Below are positions 1-12,208 of a DNA stretch of 64,000 bases, one piece after another. The DNA is taken from the NCBI GenBank assembly GCA_951406725.2, contig OX597821.1, positions 37,386,001-37,450,000 on the forward strand, written 5' to 3'. The notes under the pieces are model-generated. The model ran no database searches. It worked only from the letters and a program-made list of their open reading frames with translations, and was not told the origin of the DNA. Both the position numbers and the translations under genes were made by a program. Positions within the stretch are counted from its first letter, which is position 1. Every line of letters starts with the position of its first letter. Source of the stretch: Octopus vulgaris (Eukaryota).

Positions 1-1141
1 CATGACTGACTCGGGCGTTGAAACCGTGAAGGATGATCAGTTTATCGTTTCATGGAATGGCTCAGATGGTAGCGTTGAGAAAGTCGTAGGAAGCATTTTT
101 ATTTCCTCATCTGAGTCTAGAGTTGGACCATAGACTGAGGGCAGCATAAAATAAGCATTGTTGAGAAGCGAATTCAGGTGGTCATCAGATGTTCGGTTCT
201 TGATATTGGGGCCAGGTTGTGTTTCTTGGTCAGGTCGGTTTTGATGGCAAGTCCGATGCCATGGATGCGAGGTTCATTGGCATCATATCCTTTCCAAAAG
301 AACGTGTAGCCAACTTCTTTCATGCTGCCGTCACTAGGAAAACGAGTTTCACCCAGAGTGGCTACGTCAATGCTGAAGCGTGCAAGTTCTTGGGAAACAA
401 GCATGGTACACATTTCAGGTTGGTTTGTGGTTTGCATGTCCATCAAAGTTCTCACATTCCACGCTCCCCAAGATAGAGAATAGGATCGAAATTTTCTGCC
501 ATCGAGATGGGTGTCCGCCGGTTGCAGTAAACCAACCAGATGCAATGAGCAGCAACCGATGTTTACCTTACTTTTTCTATGGATTTACCTGTACAGGTAG
601 GACTGCTGTGCTTCTAAATAGGCCATCCCTGACACGTACACAGCTGCCGAAGTACAGCGTCATCACTACTTCACGGAGAAAACGACCATCACATGCACGT
701 CACCAATGTGTGTTCACGAGCTAGAAGCTTCTAGCGTACCAAACCTGCTTCCGTTTCCCACGGGGACATCGCCATTGAACTTGAAGAAAAGGTAGAGAGC
801 ATCATACAAGGTTCTGATGGGCCGCTTGTGTGATTATTATTAGGGTAGATGACAGTTCGCGAAACCAGTGCCCACACACTTCGCTCTAAGGCGTCCTCTG
901 CGGTTCGTCATGTAGTTGAAACGGGTGGTCTTGAAACAATGCTCGCCATGACACCAGCCCGAACGGCAGTACTAGAGCTCCTTCAGCCTACAATTTCAAC
1001 GTTCTTGATAGGCCTTCACTGTTACCATAGCTGTCCAGGGTCATCAAAGGCCCAACCGTACTTCAACCTTGCCAAGCGCCCTACATCTTTTGCGTTTCCC
1101 AAGATCCACGATTAGGACATTGGAGTTGGGATTTGGACCCC
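1..1141 (-). mobile_element. RTE-clade LINE, 5' part (5'UTR plus AP-endonuclease N-terminus), continues off the left edge
   Basis: ORF 174..545(-) reads GAWNVRTLMD...ELARFSIDVATLGETRF...GYTFFWKG...HGIGLAIK, typical RTE/BovB APE motifs. Further APE remnants (SVYGPT, GFNARV) run toward position 1. The 5' end is marked by an HDV-like motif at 1061-1141. Confidence 0.9.
1061..1141 (-). ncRNA. Degenerate HDV-like ribozyme at RTE 5' end
   Basis: Minus strand: GGGGTCC(P1) aaatcccaactcca ATG(P3) TCCTAAT(L3) CGT(P3') GGATCTT(P1') GG(P1.1) g AAACGC..GCGCTT(P4) ggCaag GTTGAAG(P2'). Topology is in order; P2, L3 and J4/2 carry mismatches. Confidence 0.6.
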
Positions 1142-1151
1142 CTCTCTATAT

Positions 1152-1156
<5 letters not shown>

Positions 1157-1223
<67 letters not shown>
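1157..1223. repeat. (GA)n microsatellite
   Basis: Perfect dinucleotide array. Confidence 0.97.
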
Positions 1224-1227
<4 letters not shown>

Positions 1228-1589
1228 TGTGGTCAGAATTTTGGAAAAAATCTTTTTATTTCTTAATTATTATTAGCGCTTTCGTTCGTTTCTCAAACTT
1301 GTCAAAATTTTGTGAATGTACAAACAGCTTGTTCATTTATATAAAACAGATGATTTTTTAGGTTTTGTTTAGAAGAAGAGAACATTGTTTTTTTGGGGGT
1401 GAGGTTCCATTGATAATGGTGATTGATAGATAGAAATATAGGTAGGTAGAGAGGCTGATAGATAGATAGATAGATAGATAGTCAGACAGATAAATAGGTG
1501 GAGAGAGAGGGAGAGAGAAAGAGAGAGAGAGGGAGAGAGAGAGAAGGGGATCTTCCTTCCAATTCCCCATTTATTTATTTATTTATTTA

Positions 1590-3685
1590 TTTAGTCATTT
1601 GCCATTGTATTGGAATGGGTTTAAGGATGGCGACCTCTTCAGAAAAATGCTTCTTCCTACTTTTTTCCTCTTTCTTTTTCTCCTTTTTTGAGTTATATTT
1701 AGAATACACAATGTACTGTCTCCCTTTTTCTTTCAGACATTCAATTTTGGAGAGAATTTTTTGATGAAATGTAGTTCCATTGATTTTCGGTATTGCGGAT
1801 TGTCCCGTGCACATTTGTGAAAGGGAAAAAAATTTCTAATTTTCCATCGCTGCATATTTCCAGATGGAATTTTGCACAATTCCTCTTGTCGGCTATATTG
1901 CCCGTAGATTCTTGCACGTTGGCAGAGGGAATTACTTGTTTCGCCAATGTGATTTTCTTTGCAGTTTGGGAAGGTAATGCAATATATGAGATTTTGCGTT
2001 TTGCAGTTCATATCTGCATTTATTTTGAAAAGGGATCTACTCTTGAATTTTATGTGGGAACCACTTTCCAAATATTTGAAGTTGTTGATGATGTTGCATG
2101 TTCCACATCTCCTATCTCCACATTCTTTTACTAAGAATCATTCCCTGATTTGAATTCTGCCCTTGTAAGGTGTTTTTTAAAGGATTTTTGGTTGGCATCT
2201 GCTATTCCGTAAGGCGTTTTTTCAATCAGATTTTTTAGTTTGGGGCTTTGTAGGAGTATAGCAAAGGTCGATTGTATGGTGTGAAAGATGTTGGTTATTC
2301 CTGGACTGTATGTGTTAACGAACAGAATCGTGTTTTCATTAACTTTTTCCTTGTGTCCGTAGTTGGGTGATGTTCAGTTTCATTGCCTTTTCAATTCCCT
2401 TATTAATTAATCTAAGGGGTATTTCTGCAGTGTGAGGAAGCCTTGGAGTTCAGTGAATCAGATATCACGTATTTTGGAGTCAGTTACTATAGCACAGATG
2501 CGTCTTGCCATGCTGTATGGGATGTTTCTTTTGACGTGTGATGGATGGCAAGAGTAGACATTTGAATACTGGTGTGTGTCAGTTTTTTTGTAAAATATGT
2601 CTGTTGTGACTGCGGAGTTCTGTATTTTTATGTGGATATCCAGGAATGGCAATTCATTACAACTGGCTTCTGTCGTGAATTTGATGGATGGATGAAGTGT
2701 GTTCAGTATATTGTTAAATATATTTAGATCTTCATTCAATTTGTCCCAGAAGATGAAGCAATCATCAAAGAAGTGTTTCCACTTTTTAATGATATATTTC
2801 TTGTACTCCTGATCAAAAGTTTTACCTACTTCCTCATAAAGCTTTTCTTCCAAGCATCTCATGACTAAGTTCGCATTTGAGGGTGAAAACCGCGTACCCA
2901 TAGCTGAACCCTTTTATCTGTCGATATGTTTTATTGTCGAATCTAAAAGTATTTTCTTATAGTACTAGGTGTGTGGCCTTGGTGATGAAGTCAGTCTTGA
3001 AGGGTTCATTTATCTGTCCTCTATGATTCTCTACCCAGCGCTTGACTGCTCCTAGGCCTAAAGTGTGAGGTACATTAGTATAGAGATTCATAACATCAAA
3101 ACTTGTGAGTATAGTACCTTCTGCGACAGTGGGAGGGATGTGTTGGATGAAATCTATGCCATCCCGTACATAACTGGGTATTGAAGGGTACAAAAGTTTT
3201 AGGAGTATATCTAAAAAATGACTCAGTTGTTGTGTTGGTGCTTGAGGTCCAGCAACTAATGACCTTAGTATTTTTTACGTACTGGTTCTTCTGCTTTTTT
3301 ATGGCACTTTGTATTCCGGAGCTTTTGTGGATTTTGGGTAATCCGTAGAAATTGCTCTCTTTCATTACAGAGTTGCATAGATACTCTTTCTCCTTGTCTG
3401 TGAAGGAATCTTGGAATTCATTGATTAGTCTTCTGATCTTACTCATTATTGTTTGTTTTTTTCTGGGTGTCTTGGTTCTTCCTTATAGTAGGTTTGGTTT
3501 GTTAACATTTCCAATATTTTATCTTTATAATAGTCCTTGTCAGTGATTACTATCATCCCTCCCTCATTGGCTTCTTTTAGGATGATTCAGTTGTAATTTT
3601 TCAGTGTTTGTAAGGCTTCCTTTTCTTCTTCACGAAGATTTTGTTTGCATCTGTGGTTATTCAGGGGGAATTTTGAAATCGAGTC
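1590..3685 (-). mobile_element. Penelope-like retroelement (RT plus GIY-YIG endonuclease), frameshifted
   Basis: Minus-strand pieces in order: NLREEEKEAL..KEANEGG (decayed DKG motif), FYGLPKIHK, SFDVMNLYTNVP, MGTRFSPSNANL, WKHFFDDCF, LPFLDI, SCHPSHVKRNIPYS, then NLIYCITFPNCKENHIGETS (GIY-YIG), ending FIKKFSPKLNV. Confidence 0.93.
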
Positions 3686-3744
3686 TTATATATATATATA
3701 TAAATATAAGCACATATCTATATACATGAGTATGTATATGTTTA

Positions 3745-4080
<336 letters not shown>

Positions 4081-4471
4081 GCAAATATATACACACGAGT
4101 TTATAATTACGTTTTCGTTTTCCAAACGACAGGACACTTCCGTTATGCACATAAAATCATTTCTCTTCACGAAGTTCAAAAATCGCTCAGTCGCTCCTTG
4201 TCATTCAGCGATGAATAACAAAATACAAAATGGGAAGATAGATAAAACTTGACGGATTAAACAATTATTTCGTTGGTTAGCAGATCACTTCATGATAATA
4301 TCAGTCAACCTCTGTATATGTATAGGGAGATAACTACTATAGAGGGAGGTAACTCTAAACGTACTGGGTGGTCTAGAGGGAAATAACTCTTGTATGTGTG
4401 TGTGTGTGTGTGTGAGAGTAAGTGCGTCTTTGTATGTACGTGTGCGTGCGTGTGTGTGTGTGTAAATATAT

Positions 4472-4624
4472 TTCTTTATTACCCACAAGGGGCTAAACAT
4501 AGAGGGGACAAACAAGGACAAAGGGATTAAGTCGATTACATCGACCCAGTGCGAAACTGGTACTTTATTTATCGACCCCGAGAGGATGAAAGGCAAAGTC
4601 GACCTCGGTGGAATTTGAACTCAA
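4472..4624 (-). mobile_element. SINE family B (tRNA-derived, Meta-like central domain), 5'-truncated
   Basis: Reverse complement matches the 51779-52005 copy: GAGGTCGACTTTGCCTTTCATCC...GGGGTCGAT...CCCCTTGTGGGTAATAAAGAAA. Confidence 0.85.
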
Positions 4625-5384
4625 AACAAGTGTGTCTGATACAGCAGAGCAATTATCAGAGACAAGAAATGCTTTATGCTTTGAGAGAAATATATTTCTT
4701 CCTTATCATTATTTTTGTTATCTTTAATTACTACTAGCTATGATATCAAAGTGTTTACAATAAGAATTGCGTGATCCTACACCCATAGGTACTAGATTTA
4801 CGAAGTAGATTACCTTTAGTTTGGAATGTAGATTAGCTGGAGATCATAGTTCAGACGCCACGAAAATTCTATACAATATATTCTGGGAGTAGAGACACTT
4901 CTTGGAAACTAACAAATTTTAAAGCGGCGCTATTACTAAAAATTTTTTTTAATGAAATAGAAAAAAAAGAAAGAAAGATGACATCGACCGTTAGTTGTTT
5001 TATCTGCCTCGGAAGGTTGAGTTAATCTCGGCAGAATGTAAATTGAGACTGAACTTAGAGACAACTAAATACTATGAAAGTATTCAGTTCGTCGCACTGA
5101 ATATTCTTCCAAGCCACCAAGAGTTTTGGATTGCCGATATGTACGTTCGAATCTGTCCAACGGTATTCTCATATACATATTTCGACAGATGTATTGAATA
5201 CGCACTCCACTAATTAAAAACAAAAATTGGAACAAAAGATTACGATTTTACTCCAGAAAAAGACATCTAAGATGTCACACTTTATTAAGGAGAACACAAT
5301 TAGAGTTTCTCTCCGTGTATCTCTTGTTTCTTTGCTACGAGTATTGGATTAATTTTAAATGTTTCAAGTGGTCTTAAACTTGTT

Positions 5385-5585
5385 TTCAGGTCGATGTGTA
5401 TACATCTCCTCACTTTCTTGTACGTCATAAAAACGTCATATTTAGTGGCTTCGTCAGTGTGGATGGGGATGTCGGAGAAGATAGTGACATCATTGCTGTC
5501 ATATTTGGCTGTTGTTCATACCAATTATTTATCATAGTTTTATGCACCCTGCATATTTTCCAATGTTTAGTGATGCCGGCGAAGA
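5385..5585 (-). mobile_element. Old R4/Dong-like LINE fragment (RLE region)
   Basis: Decayed translation HWKIC...NWYEQQP...DVTIFSDIPIHTD...CIHID resembles the RLE-upstream motif of R4/Dong. Confidence 0.55.
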
Positions 5586-5589
5586 TTTA

Positions 5590-8500
5590 CGCTGGAGATG
5601 TAATATGGTGCCAACTGTTCACTACCAGTGAACTAAGGTAACACCCCTTATTTTTCGAGCACCTTCCGGAGTATTCGAGCGTTTCCAAGCAGTGCTGTTT
5701 TCTGCTACTATTGCACCCTTATTGCATCCCCTATTTGTTCCATGAACTTCTCAAGATTTTTACTCACTGTTTCCTGGGCTTCGACAATTATTGGCACGAC
5801 TACCACCTTTTTCAGTGACCACAACTGCTTAGCCTCCTAGCTAACCTGTCGTATTTATCGAATTTTCTTTGTTCTTTATCGCATACCTTGCTGTCAGCTG
5901 GAAATGCTATACCTATGATCCAGTATCGTTTGCTTTCTTTCTCAATTAACACTATGTCTGGTTTCCTATTCTCTATCTCATGGTCGCACTGAATCATAAA
6001 ATCCTATAGGATCTTTGCATTATCATTTTCGATGATGCCTTAGGGTTTATGTTCAAACCACATTTTTGCTCTGTCAAGTCCATACATGTTGCAAACTGTC
6101 CAATGGTCAATCCTTTCTATATTGTCATGACGTCTCTTATATTCCTTCTAGGCTAGTGGTGTACATTGGCTGGTAATATCCCATTCGGTTTCACCGTTTT
6201 GTCCCATACATTCTGCACTTATCACTTTTTGGTGTGTTGTCTATTCTGTATTTCATGTAATTGGTTCTTAATGATGGCTTCGGTTTTAAATCACTTTTAG
6301 TCATCCATAGCCATCTTTTTTTCTGTCTGACTTATCTTCAACATTCCTATGAAATTGTCCATGCATTCTTTTCTTTATCCCCCTATTTTCAGTTTCATTC
6401 ATTCTCAAGTCCTTGTACAGTGCTTTATCTTTGTAATCTTCCATCTTACTCAAGCCTGACCTTCTTACTTCCAATAATAGTGGTTCTGTGGCATGTTTCA
6501 CATACCATGCTATGTTGCTTTCTTCTATCCTAGTGCTGTATTCGCATCCAATCAGTCCTCTTCTCCCTCTTTTTCTTGGTACATGCAGTCTGTCTGTGTC
6601 ACTTTTTAGGTGGAATATCTCATATCTAGCTAGAAACTTCCTTGCCTTTCTAAGCTGTTTAGTTCATTTACTGTTCCATGCGATTACCCCTGCTCCATAT
6701 CTAAGGAGTGAAACCGCCAAGGTATTGAGAGCTTCAATCTTATTCCGTCTGTTTAATTTCGACTTAAGGACCAGTCTCAGTCTGCGCAAGTACTCCACCT
6801 TAAATTTTTCTGTCATTTTTTCTCCATCAATTTATCCATTTCCAACATCCCCAAGTACTTATAGCCCACCTCTTCTATCTGCTTCATAACCTCCCCCGAC
6901 GGTACGCTAGCCCATCCATACATCTGATTTTGCCTCCCTTCAAGACCAACACACCACACTTTTTCAGTCCGAACTCCATTCTGATATCAGCACTGAAAGT
7001 ATACACCGTATCAACGAGGGAACTGACTTGGGATTCATCATTACCATAAAGTTTGAAGTCATCCATGAATAACAAATGGTTGACTTTTGCTTTCCTCAGA
7101 ATCAGTGTTAGTGGTATCAAGCACAGTACAAAGACCAGTGGAGACAGGCAGTCTCCTTGGAAGATGCCTCTCGTAATTTCTACTGTTCCTTAACTTCTTT
7201 TGTATGCTGTCAGATCCGTCCTCCAATTCGCCATACTTTTTCCAAGCAATCGTTCAACATTCGATGCAATATCAAATAGGTTCATACACTCCATAAATCC
7301 AAGAATGTGGGATCATATCGTACGCCTTACGATAGTTGATCCATGACATAGCTAAGTTACTTTTCCTCCTTGTTTTGTCTATCAGGAGTTGATCCTTGGT
7401 ACCTCTGCACCTATGTTTGCAACCCTTCTACTCATGTGGCAGGACTCCATTTTTTCCAGATGTTCGGTACATTGACTCCGCGAGTATTCCAGTCAATAAA
7501 TTCCACATAAGTGGCAAACAGGATATCGACCTGTAATTGTCTACCGTATTGCCTTTTTCGATGTTTTTCAGGCACAGCACTTTCCTACCCAATGTCAACC
7601 ACTCTGGTGTTACTTGGTCGGCATTTAACAGAGTTTTGAGTTGTGCAGCTATTCGTGCATGACATTCACCAAATCTATTGATCCAGTAGCCTTGAACTCC
7701 ATCTGGGCCCGGGGCCTCCCAGTTGCTCATTTTTTTTACTGATTCCCTTCACTTCCCTAACTGAAATGACTAGTTCTGCCTGTTTTGGACAGACTTCTGT
7801 CTGTTTCATTTCTTGCAACCATTCAGCATCCTTCTTGTGCTCCTTGTCTTTGCTCCAGTTGTCACTTCAAAACCTTTGACTTTCAATATTATCTGGTATC
7901 AACTTTTCATCTGTACACACTCCATTTATTTCTTTGTAGAATCTCTTCTGATCTACTCTGAATAATCTATTCTGGTGGTAACCCTTCATTCTTTGGTCGT
8001 ATCTTGTCATCTTTGCTTTCTTTGCAACGAGGTACTGTCTCAGCTCTTCCATTACTACTTTCAGGCCATTTCTTTCAATATTATACTTCCTTTCCAGCGC
8101 CCTGTATTTTTGTTCGCTTTTAAGCTCCCCTTTCTCTTTTCGGTCTAACACAGAGATTTCCTTCAAGAGCATGTCTAACCCTGCTTGGATTCTTCTTTTG
8201 CACCATGGATCTTTTCTTTAGTTACTCTCATTATGTTTCTTTTCTTTGATATCAACACCCACGTTTTCTGCTACAACAATCCTTGCTGCCTTGATGGAAT
8301 TATTTGTTTCTGTGATGTTGTTTGTTCTGATGTATTTCAGAATTTCATTGACATTTTTCGTTTCTTGGTTCAATTTCCATCGATCAACCTTTTTAAGGTT
8401 GCAAATAATGTCGCTATCGTTCTCCTGTAGTCCTACCTTTATTCTGTCGTAGATTGCTTTTGTTCATCTGTCATGTCGCCATTAGTTCTATTTTTAGTTT

Positions 8501-9118
8501 TATTGTCTTCTTTTAGATCATCTATATGTCTCTCATCAAGTAAACTACCACTGCTCCTTTCCTGTGCTGTGAGGTTACTCTTATTAGTAAGAGCTGTATT
8601 TTCATTATCTATACTGCTATTGTCTGACCCATCTTTTGATAGCTTCGAGCTCTACTTCTGTGAACCAACAAATTCTCCTTATTGCTCTAACTTGATCACA
8701 TAGTCTCTCTTCCGTGAGTTGAAACAATCCCTTTTCTCTCCAATGATCATACATACGTTGTAAGTAACCCCCAGTTTGAGCACCATTTTCATCTACCGGG
8801 TTGCTCAGGTAGTAACACTCCATGACCACAGCATTAATTTGTTTGCTCCATCTACGCCGTGTGTGGTGGTCCGTTTCTGGATATTGACAGGCTGGAGCCG
8901 AACCAGAATCTCTGAGCCTACCGGGTGTAACACTGTCAGCATCATTGGCTTCAGTTTCATTACCACCGTTATTCACAATATTTTGTTTTTTCATTGACAC
9001 TCATATGAGGTAGCCACTATCAGGTTGGGCAGTTACCAGTGTTTTTATCGTGACACCATCACTAGATGTATCATTAATGAGCTCATGAGGAGGAGGAGGC
9101 TCCACCCGTTTCCTTTCA
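5590..9118 (-). mobile_element. Near full-length R4/Dong-clade non-LTR retrotransposon (RT, CCHC knuckle, restriction-like endonuclease), disrupted
   Basis: N-terminal RRRWSKQINAVVMECYY..GYLQRMYDHW..RLCDQVRAI; RT motifs NWEAPGPDGVQGYW, NYRSISCLP, GIFQGDCLSPL, NHLLFMDDFKLYG; MHGQFHR; RLE NRKPDIVL; ends RILRKVLEK*. The 5' end abuts (TAA)n. Confidence 0.92.
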
Positions 9119-9137
9119 TTATTATTATTATTATTAT

Positions 9138-9171
<34 letters not shown>

Positions 9172-9180
9172 ATTATTATT

Positions 9181-9755
9181 GAGTGAGAGAGCAGTGCATG
9201 CCATCAAAGTAACACCGGGGTAAAATATACAAAGCCCAGTATACCCATCATGACTACCGTCTGATCAGGGTACACTAGGCACATGCATCACAACCATATG
9301 TGTGCGACATGGTGATCTCATATCAATATTAACAGCGCATGACCTTGCATGACCCAATTAAAATTTTCTTCAGGTCGAGTAGCCCATCCCACTCAAAGGG
9401 TCCCTGAATAAAGATTAAGGATGTTGAACGAAACACCCATGTTTCCAGAGGTGAATTATCCAAACCCCAAAGAATCCATCTCAACACATGGCTATGATGC
9501 TCCCCCACTACTGCTCGTGATTAGATATGCACGTATCGTCAGCCACTAAGGGACATGCTCAACTGGTTAAGGTCAAGCAACTGACAAGCAAATCTGTGGT
9601 ATTGAGCAGAATATTTGCTTTAGCTCATCTTTTATACCAAGACAAAACAATGTACATGATAACACTTCCAATCAGTTAAGATAAGACGTCATGAGAGCCA
9701 CTGCCTGGTACTGCATCAGGGCATATCTGGTACTGCATTAGGGCATGCCTGGTAC

Positions 9756-9756
<1 letters not shown>
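9181..9756 (-). mobile_element. 555-bp non-coding interspersed element, copy 1, with locally reiterated end
   Basis: Highly similar to 9797-10351 and to the reverse complement of 62077-62607. Bounded by (TTA/TTG)n 9118-9180 and (TTA)n 9757-9796. The motif CTGGTACTGCATCAGGGCAT is repeated about 2.5 times at 9705-9756. Confidence 0.85.
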
Positions 9757-9796
<40 letters not shown>

Positions 9797-10351
9797 GAGT
9801 GAAAGAGCAGTGCATGCCATCAAACTGACACTGGGGTAAAACATACGAAGCCCAGTATACCCATCATGACTACCCGTCTGATAAGAGTACACCAGGCACA
9901 TGCATTCTAGCCATATGTATGTGACATGGTGATCTCATATCAAGATAAACAGCACATGACCTTGCAGGTGGGGCCCAGTTAGGATTTTCTTCAGGTCGAG
10001 TAGCCCATCCCGCTCAAAAGGTCCCTGAATAAGAATTGTTTAAGGATGTTGAAAGAACCACCCATGTTTCCAGAGGTGAATTATTCAAACCCCAAAGAAT
10101 CCCTCTCAACACATGGCTATGATGCTCCCCCACTACTTCTGCTCGTAATCAGAGATGCACATATCGTCAGCCACTAAGGGACATGCTCAACTGGTTAAGG
10201 TCAAACAACTGACAAGCAAATCTGTGGTATTGAGCAGAATATTTACTGTAGCCCATCTATTATACCAAGACAAAACAATGTACATGATAACACTTCCAAT
10301 CAGTTAAGATCAGAAGTTATGAGAGCCACTGCCTGGTACTGCATCAGGGCA
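9797..10351 (-). mobile_element. 555-bp non-coding interspersed element, copy 2
   Basis: Tandem copy of 9181-9724, flanked by (TTA)n on both sides (9757-9796, 10352-10412). Confidence 0.85.
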
Positions 10352-10373
10352 TTTATTATTATTATTATTATTA

Positions 10374-10413
<40 letters not shown>

Positions 10414-10415
<2 letters not shown>

Positions 10416-10566
10416 CGGTGAACTGGCAGAATCGTTTGCCCACCGGACAAAATGCTTCGCGGCATTTCTTTCGTCTCTTTACGTTCTGAGTTCTACTTCC
10501 GCTAAGCTTGACTCTGCCTTCTATCGTTCCGGGTCGATGAAATAAGTACTAGTTGAGCATTAGGGA
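10414..10566 (+). mobile_element. SINE family B, diverged
   Basis: GCGGTGAACTGGCAGAATCG...TTCTGAGTTC...GACTCTGCCTTCTATCGTTCCGGGTCGATGAAATAAGTAC matches 51779-51910. Confidence 0.75.
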
Positions 10567-10624
10567 TTACGGCTTTACTTGGAGGGAAGGAAAGTGTTAA
10601 TTTTTCTTACCGAAAATAAAATAT

Positions 10625-11989
10625 TTAAGACAAATCATTGACAGAAATGGACGTCGACCAGTTCCATCGAGGGCAGATGCAATTAAAAATATGCCCCCTC
10701 CAACAAATATAGCGACCTTACAAGCTTTTTTGGGACTGGTAAATTATTACCAAAATTATATTCCAAATATGCATAAGGTATAAGTTCCACTAAATAACCT
10801 ATTGAAAAATATAAAATGTAAATTGGAACTGGTCTGAAAATTGTCAGAAGTCGTTCGACGAAATTAAAAAAATATTAACATTTGATTTGTCGTTAGCACA
10901 ATTCGATCCTGCAACGGTGATTGTTGTAGCTTCAGATGCCTCTGAGTAATGCTACATAAATATAAAGATGGTAACATGAAGGCGGTGGTTCTTGCCTCAT
11001 ATTTTCTGATATCAACAGAAAAAAATTACACCCAAATCGAAAAAGATGCTCTAGCGATCATTTTCATCGTAAAAAAAATTTCATAAATTTTTATGCGGTA
11101 GACTTTTCGTTATCGATATTTGTTATCGATATTTGGGTCGAAGAAAGGAATCCCCACCCTTACGGCTAATATGATGCAATGCTGGAGTAGTATATTATTA
11201 AATTATGATTTTAAGATGGAGTATATACCATCTAAGAAATTAGGACACGTTGATTGTTTATCAAGACGGATTTCAGAAAATGCTGAACCATATGAAGATA
11301 CCACGATTGCTGCTTTGTGAGCGGAAAATGAAATTAAAAATGTTTTGTGCAACGTCATACGTGAACTGCTAGTCACATTGTTTGTTCCTTCTCGAGCCAT
11401 GCCTGGTTCATTAGGGCGAAAGAGTCAGCAGAAGTTCACCATTACCTTCTGCTGGAGCCGCGTGGAGCTTAGGTGTTTCGCTCATAAATGCACACATCGC
11501 CCGGTCTGAGACCGAACTCGCGATCCCTCGACCGCGAGTCCGCTGCTCTAACCACTAGGCCATGTGCCTCCACACTAGTCACATTACAAGACAAAAAATT
11601 AAAATTAGAAAACGATAAATTCATTGAAAAAAAAAACGAAAGAATTACTGAAGGCTAAAAGAGATAAAAATATGTACAACACAAATACGAACCTGTTTTC
11701 AATGTGTGACAATGTGTTGGTCTACGCACAAAGAGTCGTAGTGTCAGCCACACTACAAAAGCGATTGCTAAAGGAATTTCACATTAGTCATCCAGGGATT
11801 TTGAGATACGACACGTTTGAGGTACCAACACCCAAACAATTTGAAGCTACGCGTTATAGCATCAGAAAAACGGAAAAGAACGAGAACACTGGAATTAAAC
11901 CTAAAACGTAAGAGATATCAAAAGCCTGGGCGGAGTTTAATGCTTGAAAGGGGGACAGGTTAGGGGAGACTAATTCTAAAAAGGTAAGA
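10625..11989 (+). mobile_element. Ty3/Gypsy LTR-retrotransposon pol remnant (RT connection, RNase H, start of integrase), internally deleted
   Basis: MPPPTNIATLQAFLGLVNYY, WSENCQKSFDEIKKIL, VVASDAS, NYTQIEKDALAIIF, LLSIFGSKKGIP..ILLNYDFKMEY..GHVDCLSR, RVVVSATLQKRLLKEFHISHPGI. Confidence 0.88.
11380..11574 (-). mobile_element. tRNA-derived SINE (family C) inserted in Gypsy pol with 11-bp TSD
   Basis: TSD CTAGTCACATT at 11369-11379 and 11575-11585. Minus strand has box A TGGCCTAGTGG and box B GAGTTCGGTCT. Confidence 0.88.

Positions 11990-12208
<219 letters not shown>

Noticed and set aside
9001-9120. Possible HDV-like ribozyme at the Dong 5' end (CTC CTCCTCAT GAG CTCATTA)
   Set aside because: A P3/L3-like piece is present, but there is no P1.1 GG, no G at the cleavage site and no P2 or J4/2.
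9118-10412. Repeat-spacer-repeat pattern resembling a CRISPR array
   Set aside because: The repeats are TAA microsatellites and the spacers are near-identical 555-bp units; eukaryotic context with no cas genes.
11480-11574. tRNA-like sequences here and in other SINE heads
   Set aside because: Boxes A and B are present but there is no full cloverleaf, and they are embedded in TSD-bounded SINEs.
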